Shown one piece after another: positions 12,917 through 25,627 of a DNA stretch of 64,000 nt. Made by a program: the position numbers and the translations under genes. Under the pieces are notes generated by a model. The model was not told the DNA's origin and ran no database searches. It was given only the letters and a program-made list of their open reading frames with translations. Within the stretch, counting starts at the first letter, position 1, and every line of letters begins with the position of its first letter. Source of the DNA: Octopus sinensis (Eukaryota); contig NC_043000.1 of the NCBI RefSeq assembly GCF_006345805.1, forward strand, positions 62,001 to 126,000, written 5' to 3'.

Positions 12917-14734
12917 ATTTTCTTTCTTTAAAAAAATTCTGTATCATACAACCTGTCATTGTTACCTACCGTTTGAAGCACACGTTTGTGAGGTCTTCAT
13001 TTAGACTTAAGCAACGATAAATGCAAGCGCAACGTGGTGGCTCTCGTGGTTCTTTTAATTCCACACCAGCGCTAAACACGAAATTAATCAGTTTTACAAT
13101 TCAGGCGATAGTGATAATTATTGTAACAACAACAGCAAAGCAACAACAACAACAACAATAATAATGATAATGAAAATGATATTCTTGTTAGATATAATAT
13201 ATAGGTTATTAAAAGGCTCGCGGTGTTAGATATCGTCGAGATTGTATAATCCATAATCGATAGAAGAATTTAGGTTGGTTGGTGATAAAACCTCCTAAAC
13301 AAGATTCTTGTTGGACGTTATACAAGAAATTCAATGATTTATTGATAAAAGTGTTGTAGTTGTGTGGACTTATTGAAGCTGACCGCCTCAATCTAATCTA
13401 GAGGATGCAATCTCTACAGATTTAACAAACAAACAAAGATAGATACACACAAATACAACTTCTCAAAAAGATAGGGATAACAAGAGAGGTTAAAACTTTA
13501 AAATAAGGTATCGATAAAGCTTTGGCTATCTAAATTTTGTATCAGTACTCTTTTGTTTTGAAAAGGATTTATCTAATACGAAATATAACGATATGGTATC
13601 TATGTTATTTCAGTTAGAATATATATATATGATAGATTAAACAATTAAAAGTATTTATTGTAAAGTGAATATTTGAAAGGACGAGCTGATGGATGTTTCC
13701 TTTAGAGATGATGTTGACCAGGGTTACATGATTACTATCGATGTTTCGTTTATTGGATTAAGAGGATTACTCGCAGACTTCTTGGTGTTTAACGCGATAA
13801 ATGCTTATGTCCGTTGAAACTAGAGGTAACATATCTTGAATATGATTTATATAGTTTGAACAACGATTAGCCAAGACACATACACACACACACACGCACG
13901 CACACACACACACACACACACAAACAAACAACGTACACATAGGTATATATACTCACGTAAAATGTACCCGCACACACACATGCGCATGCGCACGCATTAA
14001 TATTGTCCAGTGTGTTCTTTGTAGGATGTCCTATTTGTACTATTGTTGTCTTTAACGAGCATGATGAAGATGATGATACTGATGCTGATGATGATAATGA
14101 TGGTGGTGAAGAGGACGGTGATGGTTGATGATAATGATGATGATGACAAACACACATACACACACACACACAAACTGACACAAATACAGGCACAATTAAT
14201 GCAAACAATTTTTTATTCGAAGTTGATTGTTGATTGTCTCGCTACTCTGAGTTTCTCATGTGTAAGAGAAACCAGATCGGACAAAGGAGCGTATCATCAG
14301 ACACATACCAAAATAAAATGAAGTACTTTGCCTTGGAACAAAACATAATGGCCCGTCCTTACGATCATGGCTACGACACTAGGCCACATACAAACCATTA
14401 TAGATATATATATATATATATATATATAAATATATTATATATATATATATATATATAATATCTATATATATATATAACATACATACATATAAGGATGACG
14501 GCAAAGTCGACCGACCCTCGGTGGAATTTGAACTCAGAACGTAAAGACAGACGAAATGCAGCTAAATATTTCGCCTAGTATATATATATATATATGATGG
14601 TTTTCATTCAATTTTCGTCCACCAAATCCACTTATAAGTTTTTGGTCGGCCCTAAGCTAGAGTACAAGACACTATGCCAGGTGTCACCCTGCGATTATAT
14701 ATATATACCCAAGGTGCAACCCCTACGATTATAT

Positions 14735-14775
<41 letters not shown>

Positions 14776-14777
14776 AC

Positions 14778-14818
<41 letters not shown>

Positions 14819-15074
14819 TATATTTATATATGCATGCGACGGCTTCTTCTTTCAGTTTCTGCCTACCAAATGCACTTATAAATCTTTGCCCGGCCGAGGC
14901 TATAGTGAAGACAACATGCCCAGGTGCCACGCAGTGGGAATGAATTCGGAACTATGTGATTGGGAAACAAGCTTCTTACCACACAGCCACATATACACAC
15001 ACACACACTCACACACACACATACCATATCATATACATACGTCATACATACATACGTACATACATACATATATA

Positions 15075-15112
<38 letters not shown>

Positions 15113-15456
15113 TAATAATAATTTAATTAATGGATTATAATTGCATACGCGAATTATAATTATCAGTCATGTGAATATTGTCTTGGTGTATTTCGTTTTA
15201 ATGGGATTTAATGACTTCTCACCACTCTTCTATATCTTAGACTTCTTTGCTTGTTTGTTATATTTATCATTATCTGATAGGATTTTTCTCTTTTTAAATT
15301 TCTAACCTTCTTATGAAGGTCAATTGTACATCGCACGTTAGCAGATGTACGATGGATAGATTTTCACATACAATTTTTAACGTACATACATTACTTACAT
15401 TCATATATACATTCAAACGTTCATATATATTATATGTACGTATATATATACGCATA

Positions 15457-16714
15457 TTAGGTCATCCCATAAGTTCTGTCCGGTTTTACCTTTTTTAAAA
15501 TTGAATGAAATTTAATAGTATTTTAGAATGTCTAATGGAATTTAAAATTCTTTTTATGCATTTGTGTTCATTTAAACTAATTAAATGTTATTCTACAGAA
15601 TAATAGAATTAAAATTTCTTTGATTAAAACCCTTCTTAACATGGAAATATCCAAAAAGCATTTGAAGCACATAATGCCTTATGAGTACAAAAAACGAAAC
15701 TGTAGTCGAAGCGACTCGAAACATACACTCAGTTTATGGGAAAGAATGCTTGAAAGAAAGAACTTGCAGAAGACGGTTTGCAAAATTCAGAAGTAGAGAT
15801 TTCAGCTTTGAAGATGAAGATCGAACAAGTCGTCCAGTTGAGTTTAATGATAAGATCCTTGAGGCATTACTTGAACAAAATACCTGCATTATCAGTTGAA
15901 GAATTGGCAATAAAGCTTAGTTCAAACCATACAACTATTCATTGTCAACTTCAGCAACTTAGAAAGGTTCCTAAACTTGGAAAATGGGTGCCTCATGAAT
16001 TGCCCGAAATCAACCGCAAATCCTGAGTTGAGATCTGCTCTTCTCGTCATTCTCGCGAACTCATTTCATCGTTTTTGGATAGACGTGTGACTGGAGACGA
16101 AAAATGGATCTTCTATCGAAATGTTAAACATTGTAAACAGTGGCTTGGTAGAAGGGAAAAAGCTCAACCACAACAAAAAAGGTAACTTCATGGGAAAAAG
16201 GTTCTTCGCTCTATCTGATGGGATTGCAAAGGGGTAATTCACTTTGAATTGTTACCACCTAATGCAACAATCAATGCTCAAGTCTACTGTCAGCAATGAA
16301 AGCATTTGAACCAAACTTTAAAGCAAAAAAGACCTGCTTTAGTGAATCGAAAAGGAGTGATCTTTCATCAGGACAATACGCAACCCCACACTGCAAAGAT
16401 CACATCAAAGAAGATCGAATAGCTTTGCTGGGAAAAAATTCCTCATTCACCTTATTCTCCCGACATTGCCCTCAGACCACCTTTGTTTCGTAGTTTACAA
16501 AATCATAGGGAGTTAAACTCTCGCAAGCAGGAGGAAGTCGAAAACTGATATTTCAGAGTTCTTCGCTTTGAAACCAAAAGATTTTTACATTAATGGGATT
16601 AAAAAGCTTGTGAATAGATGGAAGTCATAGATAATCAGGGAAAGTACATAAATATAACTTTAAATCACTGTTTTCTTTCTTCAAAAATCGGACAGAACTT
16701 ATGGGATGACCTGA
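15457..16714 (+). mobile_element. Full-length mariner (DD34D) transposon, 1258 bp, decayed
   Basis: TIR TTAGGTCATCCCATAAGTTCTGTCCG / CGGACAGAACTTATGGGATGACCTGA, with TA on both sides. Confidence 0.95.
15641..16657 (+). pseudogene. Mariner transposase pseudogene
   Basis: WVPHEL, VTGDEKWIFY, FHQDNTQPH and PYSPDIA motifs; several stops and frameshifts. Confidence 0.95.
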
Positions 16715-16770
16715 TATATTATAATGTATATGAATGTTTGAATGTGTGTATGAATGAAATATATACATAA

Positions 16771-16810
<40 letters not shown>

Positions 16811-17099
16811 CTACTCGCCATTAATACCACCACGACACTGGACACACACACACACTACTACTCAACACACGCTGGCACGCTACATACGCTCCCACCCCTT
16901 CCCCTCCCTCCCTTCCTCCTTCCTTCTTTTTCTTACTACTGACCATTGTCTGCTATGCCGACCACTGTCTCGCCTACCTAACACGCCTACACACAGACGC
17001 ACACACTAACACATACATATATTTTTTGTTTTTTATCTCGCCTCACACACACACTACACACACGCACACACTCACACATACACACACATCTGTTGCGTT

Positions 17100-17385
17100 A
17101 CCAACCTTGTCTCCACTCTTTGCCTTTAAAAACCTACTTTGCTCTTGTTATCGTAAACTTCCGCCTTCACCAGTGTAACTCGTAAACACCAGTCGTTTTT
17201 TTTCTCTATCCCTGTTGCCCGCTTTGGATCTCTTCCTCTCTCTTCCTTCTTTATGTTTCCGACGAAGAGCTCCGCTCGAAACGTCATGCCCTCCTGCTTC
17301 CATTTCCTGAGCGCCTATTAATAATAATACTGTAATTGTTCCTTGGTTGTTGTTTTTTTGTTTTCCCGTTTGGATTAAAATTATA
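17100..17385 (+). mobile_element. Penelope-pLTR-like element with a decayed hammerhead-like motif (17259-17285)
   Basis: CCGACGA-A-GAGC tcc GCTC-GAAA-CG-TC. The downstream CCTGAGCG...TAATAC is shared with the CUGU family. Confidence 0.45.
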
Positions 17386-17798
17386 TACATATATATACAC
17401 ATACATTGATAAATTCGTTATTTATCTTAATCCTTATTTTTAACAAATTAGTCAATAATGTATTCTCCTTCGTAGTTCACTACTTATTGCCAACGATAGA
17501 AATCTCTGGGTTATGACTCGAAGAATTCATCGAGTCATGTCTTTAGCTCTTCGCGTTCTTAAACAAAATGCCTCAGGTACTGCTGGAAAGCGATCGAAAA
17601 AGTTAATAATCTGAAGGCTCTATATCAAGAGAATACTGTGGATACAGTAGAACTTCCCAACTGATCTCTTCTAGTCAAATAAGCGATATGGGACGAGTGG
17701 TGCGGTGTCTTATTGTAGCATGTCGTGTGGCTGATCGGATCATTTTGACCCTACCTATCGAATGGTGATGACGGTTATCGGTATTATGAGAGCATATA

Positions 17799-18030
17799 GG
17801 GCAGCGAGCTGGCAGAATCGCTAGCACGCCGGGCGAAATGCGTAGCCGTATTTCGTCTGCCGTTACGTTCTGAGTTCAAATTCCGCCGAGGTCAACTTTG
17901 CCTTTTATCCTTTCGGGGTCGATTAAATATGTACCAGTTACGCACTGGGGTCGATATAATCGACTTAATCCGTTTGTCTCTCCTTGTTTGTCCTCTCTGT
18001 GTTTAGCCCCTTGAGGGTAGTAAAGAAATA
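17799..18030 (+). mobile_element. SINE A with Tx1-like tail and imperfect 16-bp TSD
   Basis: GGTATTATGAGAGCAT at 17780-17795 vs GGTATTTTGAAGGCAT at 18031-18046. Confidence 0.85.
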
Positions 18031-18459
18031 GGTATTTTGAAGGCATGCCATTTGCTGGATCAATTTCTTAATGGCTTGGGGTGGATACTCGTGGATGAGT
18101 TTATTCAATCAAACTTCATTGTACTGAAAACATCGACCGGCAGGTGGAGAGTCTGCGTGATCGAATTTACATACCCGGCTTACAGCGTATTAACTATTTC
18201 TGTGCAGTCCTTTCAGTAATAACACAGTACAAATTCCTACCTCGAGTGACTTTTGGAATCTTGATTGAAAGCAAAGAGAAGCAGGTGTCGAAAATGCTAA
18301 TTTTATTCTACCTGGCACTCCCCCACCATACGCCTGAAAAAAATGTAATTTCAAGGAAGATCGAACAAAGGAAACTGTTTATGATCAACATCCGGTCTGT
18401 AATATGGTGGACTGGATGTGAACCAAAATTTTGCAATATTTTAAAAAATTCTACATCGA

Positions 18460-18795
18460 ACCCAGTACGCAAATAGTACTAAATTTATCGACCCCGAAAT
18501 GATGAAAGGCAAAGTCGACCTCAGCGGAATTTGATCTCGGAACGTAAAGACAGACGAAATACCTATTTCTTTACTACCCACAAGGGGCTAAACACAGAGG
18601 GGACAAACAAGGACAGACAAACGGATTATGTCGATTATATCGACCCCAGTGCGTAACTGGTATTTAATTTATCGACCCCGAAATGATGAAAGGCAAAGTG
18701 GACGTCGGCGGAATTTGAACTCAACGTCACAGCAGACGAAAAACCGCTTAGCATTTCACCCGGCGTGCTAACGTTTCTGCCAGCTCACGGCCTTC
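18460..18795 (-). mobile_element. Nested/tandem SINE A (Tx1-tailed unit followed by a second body)
   Basis: Junction AAAGAAATA|GGTATTTCGTC on the - strand. Confidence 0.85.
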
Positions 18796-18839
18796 GAGAA
18801 GAATAAATATTAATAGAGCTTGTTACTAGTAACAGATCG

Positions 18840-19092
18840 TGGAGGCGCGCGGCTTAGTGGTTATGGTGATAGACACATGAACGTAAATTGTGGTTCGATT
18901 CTGGACTAGGCGACGCGTTGCGTTCTTGCGGAAAACACTTCATTTCCCGTTGTGCTCCAGTCCACTCACCGGCAAAAATAAATGAGTAATCCTGAGACAG
19001 ACCGGTGTCCCGTCCAGTTGGGGAATGTATACGTCATGAAAACGGGATATTACCCCTTATGAGTCAGTATAACTCGAGAAGATAACTTTACC
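18840..19092 (+). mobile_element. CORE-type tRNA SINE
   Basis: GGAGGCGCGCGGCTTAGTGG head and CTTGCGGAAAACACTT core; tail like that of 60910-61000. Confidence 0.7.
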
Positions 19093-19124
19093 TATCTATT
19101 TTTAAGTAATAGATCCAGATCAAG

Positions 19125-19838
19125 GCCGACACGCGTATCACCCAGGAAAGCTGAGCATGCGAGTGGCTACGTGGATCAATGTAAGAGAGGAGAGGTATTA
19201 GGCTGGCCACGAAGTTAAAGGTATAACGAGCAGTTGTACTGACTACTGTACTGTACACCTGTGAGACATGGACGGTTTATGAATGACACATCAAAAACCT
19301 ATATCATTTCTACATGAACTGAATGAGAAACTACTGAGAATCACCTGGCAAGACAAGGTCCCAGACACGGAGGCCTTCCTCGAGCTGATCAGTCAAGCTG
19401 AAGAGAGCCTAAGTCAGATAATCAGGCCACCATGTTCGAATGCCCAAGAAACTGCTGTACGGGGAACAGGTGGAAGGCAAGTACAAGCAAGATAAACAGA
19501 AAAAGCGCTTCAAGGATATACTCAAAGTCTCATTGAAAAGCTTCCATGCCAACCCCAACACCTGGGGGGAAAAAGCGCAGTACTACCCTGTCTGGCGAAG
19601 CTGTACCAGCAGAGGTACCACGTCCTACAAATAGAATAGGAACGCACAGGCACAAAGAAAATGTGAACCGCTACAAGTCCTAGAGCCAACTCCTTGCCTT
19701 CAGTCCCGGCAGACCACCAGTTCCGACCTGTAGCAGAGCCTTTCGAGTACGCATCGAGCTGATCGGTCACTGCCAGACACACTATGCCATATCTTCTCCC
19801 ATATGATGTCTTTGGTCGTTGTCGATAGCAACGGACGA
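19125..19838 (+). mobile_element. RTE-clade (BovB-like) LINE 3' fragment
   Basis: AVVLTTVLYTCETWTVY, LLRITWQDKVPDTE, MPKKLLYGE...KKRFKDILK are typical RTE ORF C-terminal motifs. Confidence 0.85.
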
Positions 19839-19856
19839 AGGGCGTGTGTGTGTGTG

Positions 19857-19923
<67 letters not shown>

Positions 19924-19927
19924 TATC

Positions 19928-20125
19928 TAGGGGGGGTTTCACGAAAAAAAAAACAACAAAAGACGAAGACAGGTGGTGTACAAAACAAATAGATGTATTA
20001 GTATAACGCTCAGGAATAGAAAAAGTCTTTTACGTTCGGGCCTACGCTATTCTACAGAAAGGGACACAGAAAAAGACAAGGAGAGAAACAAGGAGACAAA
20101 AAAATGTATGTAGTGGCTACCGATC
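19928..20125 (-). mobile_element. Dispersed hammerhead-like ('CUGU') element, abutting (TA)n
   Basis: Reverse complement of 21283-21450; motif partly mutated. Confidence 0.75.
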
Positions 20126-20640
20126 TATCATATATATATATATATGTATGTGTATGTGTTTGTGTTGTGTTGTCTGTGTATATGCGTGTTGTGCGTGTTG
20201 TTGTTGTTTTTTTTGGGGGGGTGGGCATGTGTGTGTATATTCATTATTTGCGCTGTGTACAGTGAGATCTGAAACAATGATTTGCAGATTCAAACGGGTA
20301 TTTGTGTTTGAACCTGTCGGAACACATTGAAAATAAATACGCAAATCATCGTTTCAGATCTCGTTGTACATATTGCAAATAACGTTGTTTTTTTCCCTGT
20401 CGATTGGTAGATATAAGCACAGATCAGAAACCAGTTTATTTGCTGAAATAATAAACAAAGCCATGGTCTTATTGAGGCCTAAAGGTCCTGGTACTTCTGG
20501 CTGAGAAGACACAACATATCGAAATACCAGTGTCCTAGAGTTCCTCCTGGGACGTACACAACAGCAACTAACACATTTGCGTTGCATCTCACGGAATGAA
20601 TTAAGAATAAATATCAAATCATTGTGTTTATATATATATA

Positions 20641-21081
20641 TCTACTACATATGTGGAAAATCGGTGTGTGTTTGTTTGTGGCGTTGTTATCTAACTCCTC
20701 CTACATTATTTTATTGATTTTGATGAAACTTGACACATGAGTAGAACTCATGTCTGGAAACCTCGTGACATACTTAGATTGTTGAAAAACTCGATAATAC
20801 GGTCCCTGGAAGGGACCTTTATAACTCCTATAGGTAATTTTTTAAACACCCAAGGGAAATAACCAACACCACCTGTACAATATTTTTTTTCTAAACACTC
20901 AAGGGAAATAACCCATTTTATTGTTTATGTTCGATCACAATTGTTTGGATAGTTCCAATTAAATAAGTCCAGAAGTTAGGTTAAATATATATACATACAT
21001 AAGTAACACGGATTCCCATTCTACAAACTGACAAATAATTCCGTGAATACTTTACCGAACAACGCTGCGTAGTAAGTCTAG
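20641..21081 (+). mobile_element. Probable non-autonomous Helitron
   Basis: Starts A|TC after (TA)n and ends with a degenerate GC hairpin plus CTAG (followed by C rather than the expected T); internal duplicate AAACAC(C/T)CAAGGGAAATAACC. Confidence 0.55.
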
Positions 21082-21282
21082 CATTCATATATATATCAGC
21101 TACACATACATACACGCACACGTCCAGACCACCAGCCCTCTTTCACACGCACATACATACTCTCTTATACACACACGCACCTTCGTGTTGGGGGTCATGT
21201 TTACTTTTTTATCTCCCCTAATTCTTCCCCCTCGTGTGTGACCCTTCTGTCCGAAGTCAGTCGCCATGATCGATCGTTAGCC

Positions 21283-21450
21283 ACTACACACATTTTTTTC
21301 TCTCCTTGTTTTTTCTGTGTCCCTTTCTGTAGAAGAGCGTAGACTCGAAACGTAAAATACTTTTTCTATTACTGAGCGTTATACTAATACATCTGTTTGT
21401 TTTATACACCACCTGCCTTCGTCTTTTGTTTTTTTCGTAAACTCTCCCTA
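21283..21450 (+). mobile_element. Dispersed hammerhead-like ('CUGU') element
   Basis: TTT-CTGTAGA-A-GAG cgtaga CTC-GAAA-CG-TA^-AAA at 21324-21357; homologous copies at 19928, 38736, 42612 and 58482. Confidence 0.75.
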
Positions 21451-21451
21451 G

Positions 21452-21486
<35 letters not shown>

Positions 21487-22534
21487 TGTATGTATGTATG
21501 TATGTATTTGCACATAGACAAATATAAACAAATACATACATACGTACACACAAGCATGCATACATACATTAAGTGGAAATCAATTATCAAAAGTAAGAGC
21601 AAAAAAATAATAATGGCTTATTCCACAGCTCCAGCCCCCGTTGTGAATTTGGACCCTAGTGGCTTACAGCTTACCTATTAGTTTAGATCAACAGTGGCCT
21701 AAACCCTTCATATTCTGTACCTACCTACCTACCTACATACATACATACACACATACATAAATACATACATACATACATACATGCATACATACATACATAC
21801 ATACATACATACATACATACATACATACATAAATACATACATACATTCATACATACATACATACATACAAACATGCGTACATATATACGTACATAAATAT
21901 TATTCATCCTTTTATGGAACACATCACAATTCGATCTGCTACTGTTTTGTCGTCCTTTGATCAAGATAAAAAGCGAATTCTAACACTATCGGCCCTATTT
22001 CGACTAAACTTCAATCCCTCTCAACTCTACAGGACATTGCCTTTTTTATCGGTATTCTGTAAATACTTCGCTGGCCATTGTCCTATCGAACTTTTTTTTT
22101 TTACTTCTACCACCTCTTAAGGTTAGTAACCGAGTAATTCGTCTATCTGTTAGGCGTCGTCGTGTTGCTGTCTTCTTCTTCTTCTTCTTCTTCTCCTTCT
22201 CCTTCTTCTTCTTCTTCTTCTTCTTCTTCTTCTCTCAATCAGGACTCACGCCATTAGCCCCAAACAATGATCTCTAATTCGAGCCTACTCTAAACTACTA
22301 AGAATGCGTGTGGAAACTTGAAGATCCACCCACCACACGCGATAGACCGGCGGTTGCACGGGCGCGAAAGCGACGCTGTTATCCTCATTCTGTAAACGGT
22401 GGCTTTTAACGGGTGGTGAGCTGAACCATCCTGGGGTACGGAGGATTCGCAATCTAGACTAGGGTCTGAAATTTTTACCAAACCATAATGGGTTACACCA
22501 TGGCTCCTCTGCTTTGTGGCCGAAGTAGGAAGAC

Positions 22535-22712
22535 AGAGTGAGAGAAAATTGTGGTGAAAGAGTACAGCGGGGTTCACCGCCCCTCCTCGCCGGTGCCTCG
22601 TGGAGCTTAGGTGTTTTTGCTCAATAAACACTCACAATGCCCGGTCTGGGAATAGAAACCGCGTTCTTACGACCGCGAGTCTGCTACCCTAACCACTGGG
22701 CCATTGCGCCTC
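22535..22712 (-). mobile_element. tRNA-Arg-like SINE head and body
   Basis: Reverse match to 60714-60900. Confidence 0.75.
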
Positions 22713-23157
22713 TCTCGTGTTGCTGGTGTCTGCTCTAGTAAGAATTTTCCGCTCAGGTAGTTTCTTTCCATGAACTTCTGTGTTTTTTAATTCTTTTGTA
22801 TTTTACTTTGATTCTGTCATTAGATTGTGGTCAAGCTGCAGTACCGACTTGAAGAATTTTACTCGAACGAACGTGAACACACCAACACCAGTTGTCAAGC
22901 GATGTTGTGTCACAAACACACGCGCGCGCACATGTATTTTTAGACCAGCTTCTTTCAGTTTCCTTCTACCAAATCTACTGACAAGGCTTTGGTCGGCCCA
23001 GAGTTACAGTAGAAGACACTTGCCCAAAGTGCCACGCAGTGGGACTGAACCCAGAACCATGTGGTTGGGAAGTAAACCTCTTTCCACACAACCATGCCTG
23101 TGACTCTATCTTGTACAAGAAATCGCTTGCTTCTGTTTGATTCCCATATATATATAT

Positions 23158-23625
23158 GGTTGGCATCCTTTTTGTCTCGGGAGACAATGGAGTTGCGCAT
23201 AAAATAGTCTAGTCCGGCTTTTACATTTCATGTCCTGATACATTTCCTGCTGTGGCTGTGTAGTCCTATACTGGACAAACACTCCCTCTGGCAGGTGCCG
23301 CAAATGTAGCGAAGACTGTTCCTGGCTGGTTGTAATGTCATAGTTTCTTGTTGACGTCTTTTCTTGTCTTTTCATTTCTCCTCTCTCTTTCTCTGTCTGT
23401 CACTCCTTTGTATTCCCTCTTTTACGGTACGTCGCCAATCTCCACGGTTGCTGGCAACTGCTTCCCAATTGCTAATATTGATGTTGCAGGCCTTCATGTC
23501 CCTTTTGCAAACATCCTTGTATCGTAAGAACGGTCTTTCCACAGACCTAGTACCCCTAGCAAGCTCTCCGTTGAGTATGTCCTTGGGGATTCTGCCATCT
23601 TGCCTCCGGCAAATCCTTCGCATCA
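23158..23625 (-). mobile_element. RTE-clade LINE 3' fragment
   Basis: RQDGRIPKDILNGELARGTRSVERPFLRYKDVCKRDMK...WEAVASNRGDWR; 3' UTR CCATTGTCTCCCGAGAC. Confidence 0.9.
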
Positions 23626-24075
23626 GTATATATATATATATAGTTAGTTGCCCGTTTATATATATATAAAGGTTAGTTGCCCGTTTTCAGTTTCAATTTT
23701 CCTGTAACAAGCGGATTATAAGTGGATAAAACAGTGTATTTGGCTTTAGAATAACCCTCTTTAGCCCTTAATTATATGATGTATATTGCAACCGTAACGG
23801 TTTTTTTAAATATACTGCCCACGCTTCCTGATGAATTCCTTTGCTGTAGAGTAAGGGACTTCATCCTATATTGCTTAGTAGTAAACTCGATGCTTGCTAC
23901 AGGAGGACTGGTAACCATTACAATTTGTAGCGGCGAAAGGTCTGGACGTTGTTTTCTGAGGCTGACCAAAGAATTTTTATTTTTAGATATAAATGATGTA
24001 CTCAAGTGTAGTTATGTTTTTAGCTTGTGCTTTTTCCATGATCATACGTGAGTATTTTATTTATATCCCATCGAA

Positions 24076-24143
24076 ATTTCTACTGAAGAAGGAATATATC
24101 TTTTTTTATAAGATTAAGTCCGAAATTGATTCAATATAGAGAT
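24076..24143 (+). ncRNA. Type I hammerhead ribozyme, copy 1
   Basis: Stem I ATTTCTA/TAGAGAT; core CTGAAGA plus an extra A; stem II GGA..ATCTT/AAGAT..TCC; GAAA; stem III ATTGA-t-TCAAT; AUA^ site after 24136. Confidence 0.85.
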
Positions 24144-24570
24144 AACGAAATTTAAATTTTCTAAAGGTTAGTTGCCCGTTTTCAGTTTCAATTTTCCTGT
24201 AACAAGCGGATTATAAGTGGATAAAACAGTGTATTTGGCTTTAGAATAACCCTCTTTAGCCCTTAATTATATGATGTATATTGCAACCGTAACGGTTTTT
24301 TTAAATATACTGCCCACGCTTCCTGATGAATTCCTTTGCTGTAGAGTAAGGGACTTCATCCTATATTGCTTAGTAGTAAACTCGATGCTTGCTACAGGAG
24401 GACTGGTAACCATTACAATTTGTAGCGGCGAAAGGTCTGGACGTTGTTTTCTGAGGCTGACCAAAGAATTTTTATTTTTAGATATAAATGATGTACTCAA
24501 GTGTAGTTATGTTTTTAGCTTGTGCTTTTTCCATGATCATACGTGAGTATTTTATTTATATCCCATCGAA

Positions 24571-24637
24571 ATTTCTACTGAAGAAGGAATATATCTTTTT
24601 TTATAAGATTAAGTCCGAATTGATTCAATATAGAGAT
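24571..24637 (+). ncRNA. Type I hammerhead ribozyme, copy 2 (GAAA->GAA deletion)
   Basis: Reads CCGAATTGA instead of CCGAAATTGA. Confidence 0.7.
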
Positions 24638-25064
24638 AACGAAATTTAAATTTTCTAAAGGTTAGTTGCCCGTTTTCAGTTTCAATTTTCCTGTAACAAG
24701 CGGATTATAAGTGGATAAAACAGTGTATTTGGCTTTAGAATAACCCTCTTTAGCCCTTAATTATATGATGTATATTGCAACCGTAACGGTTTTTTTAAAT
24801 ATACTGCCCACGCTTCCTGATGAATTCCTTTGCTGTAGAGTAAGGGACTTCATCCTATATTGCTTAGTAGTAAACTCGATGCTTGCTACAGGAGGACTGG
24901 TAACCATTACAATTTGTAGCGGCGAAAGGTCTGGACGTTGTTTTCTGAGGCTGACCAAAGAATTTTTATTTTTAGATATAAATGATGTACTCAAGTGTAG
25001 TTATGTTTTTAGCTTGTGCTTTTTCCATGATCATACGTGAGTATTTTATTTATATCCCATCGAA

Positions 25065-25132
25065 ATTTCTACTGAAGAAGGAATATATCTTTTTTTATAA
25101 GATTAAGTCCGAAATTGATTCAATATAGAGAT
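25065..25132 (+). ncRNA. Type I hammerhead ribozyme, copy 3
   Basis: Same sequence as copy 1. Confidence 0.85.
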
Positions 25133-25559
25133 AACGAAATTTAAATTTTCTAAAGGTTAGTTGCCCGTTTTCAGTTTCAATTTTCCTGTAACAAGCGGAT
25201 TATAAGTGGATAAAACAGTGTATTTGGCTTTAGAATAACCCTCTTTAGCCCTTAATTATATGATGTATATTGCAACCGTAACGGTTTTTTTAAATATACT
25301 GCCCACGCTTCCTGATGAATTCCTTTGCTGTAGAGTAAGGGACTTCATCCTATATTGCTTAGTAGTAAACTCGATGCTTGCTACAGGAGGACTGGTAACC
25401 ATTACAATTTGTAGCGGCGAAAGGTCTGGACGTTGTTTTCTGAGGCTGACCAAAGAATTTTTATTTTTAGATATAAATGATGTACTCAAGTGTAGTTATG
25501 TTTTTAGCTTGTGCTTTTTCCATGATCATACGTGAGTATTTTATTTATATCCCATCGAA

Positions 25560-25627
25560 ATTTCTACTGAAGAAGGAATATATCTTTTTTTATAAGATTA
25601 AGTCCGAAATTGATTCAATATAGAGAT
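25560..25627 (+). ncRNA. Type I hammerhead ribozyme, copy 4
   Basis: Same sequence as copy 1. Confidence 0.85.

Noticed and set aside
13731-13780. - strand CTGCGA...GAAA-CATCGATAG-TA hammerhead-like string
   Set aside because: Core has a deletion, stems I and II are weak, and I saw no second copy in the window.
20354-20617. Possible host exon in unique sequence (also 18037-18476, 54917-55177)
   Set aside because: No recognisable protein similarity or clear splice-site pair.
23828-23866. Second CTGATGA in each 495-bp unit
   Set aside because: It is one arm of a long hairpin (GATGAA.TCCTTTGCT / AGTAAGGGA.TTCATC) with no GAAA in register. Probably structural, not a hammerhead.
23772-25535. 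Repeated 77-aa and 91-aa ORFs in the 495-bp array
   Set aside because: No recognisable domain or convincing start context; they recur only because the unit is repeated.
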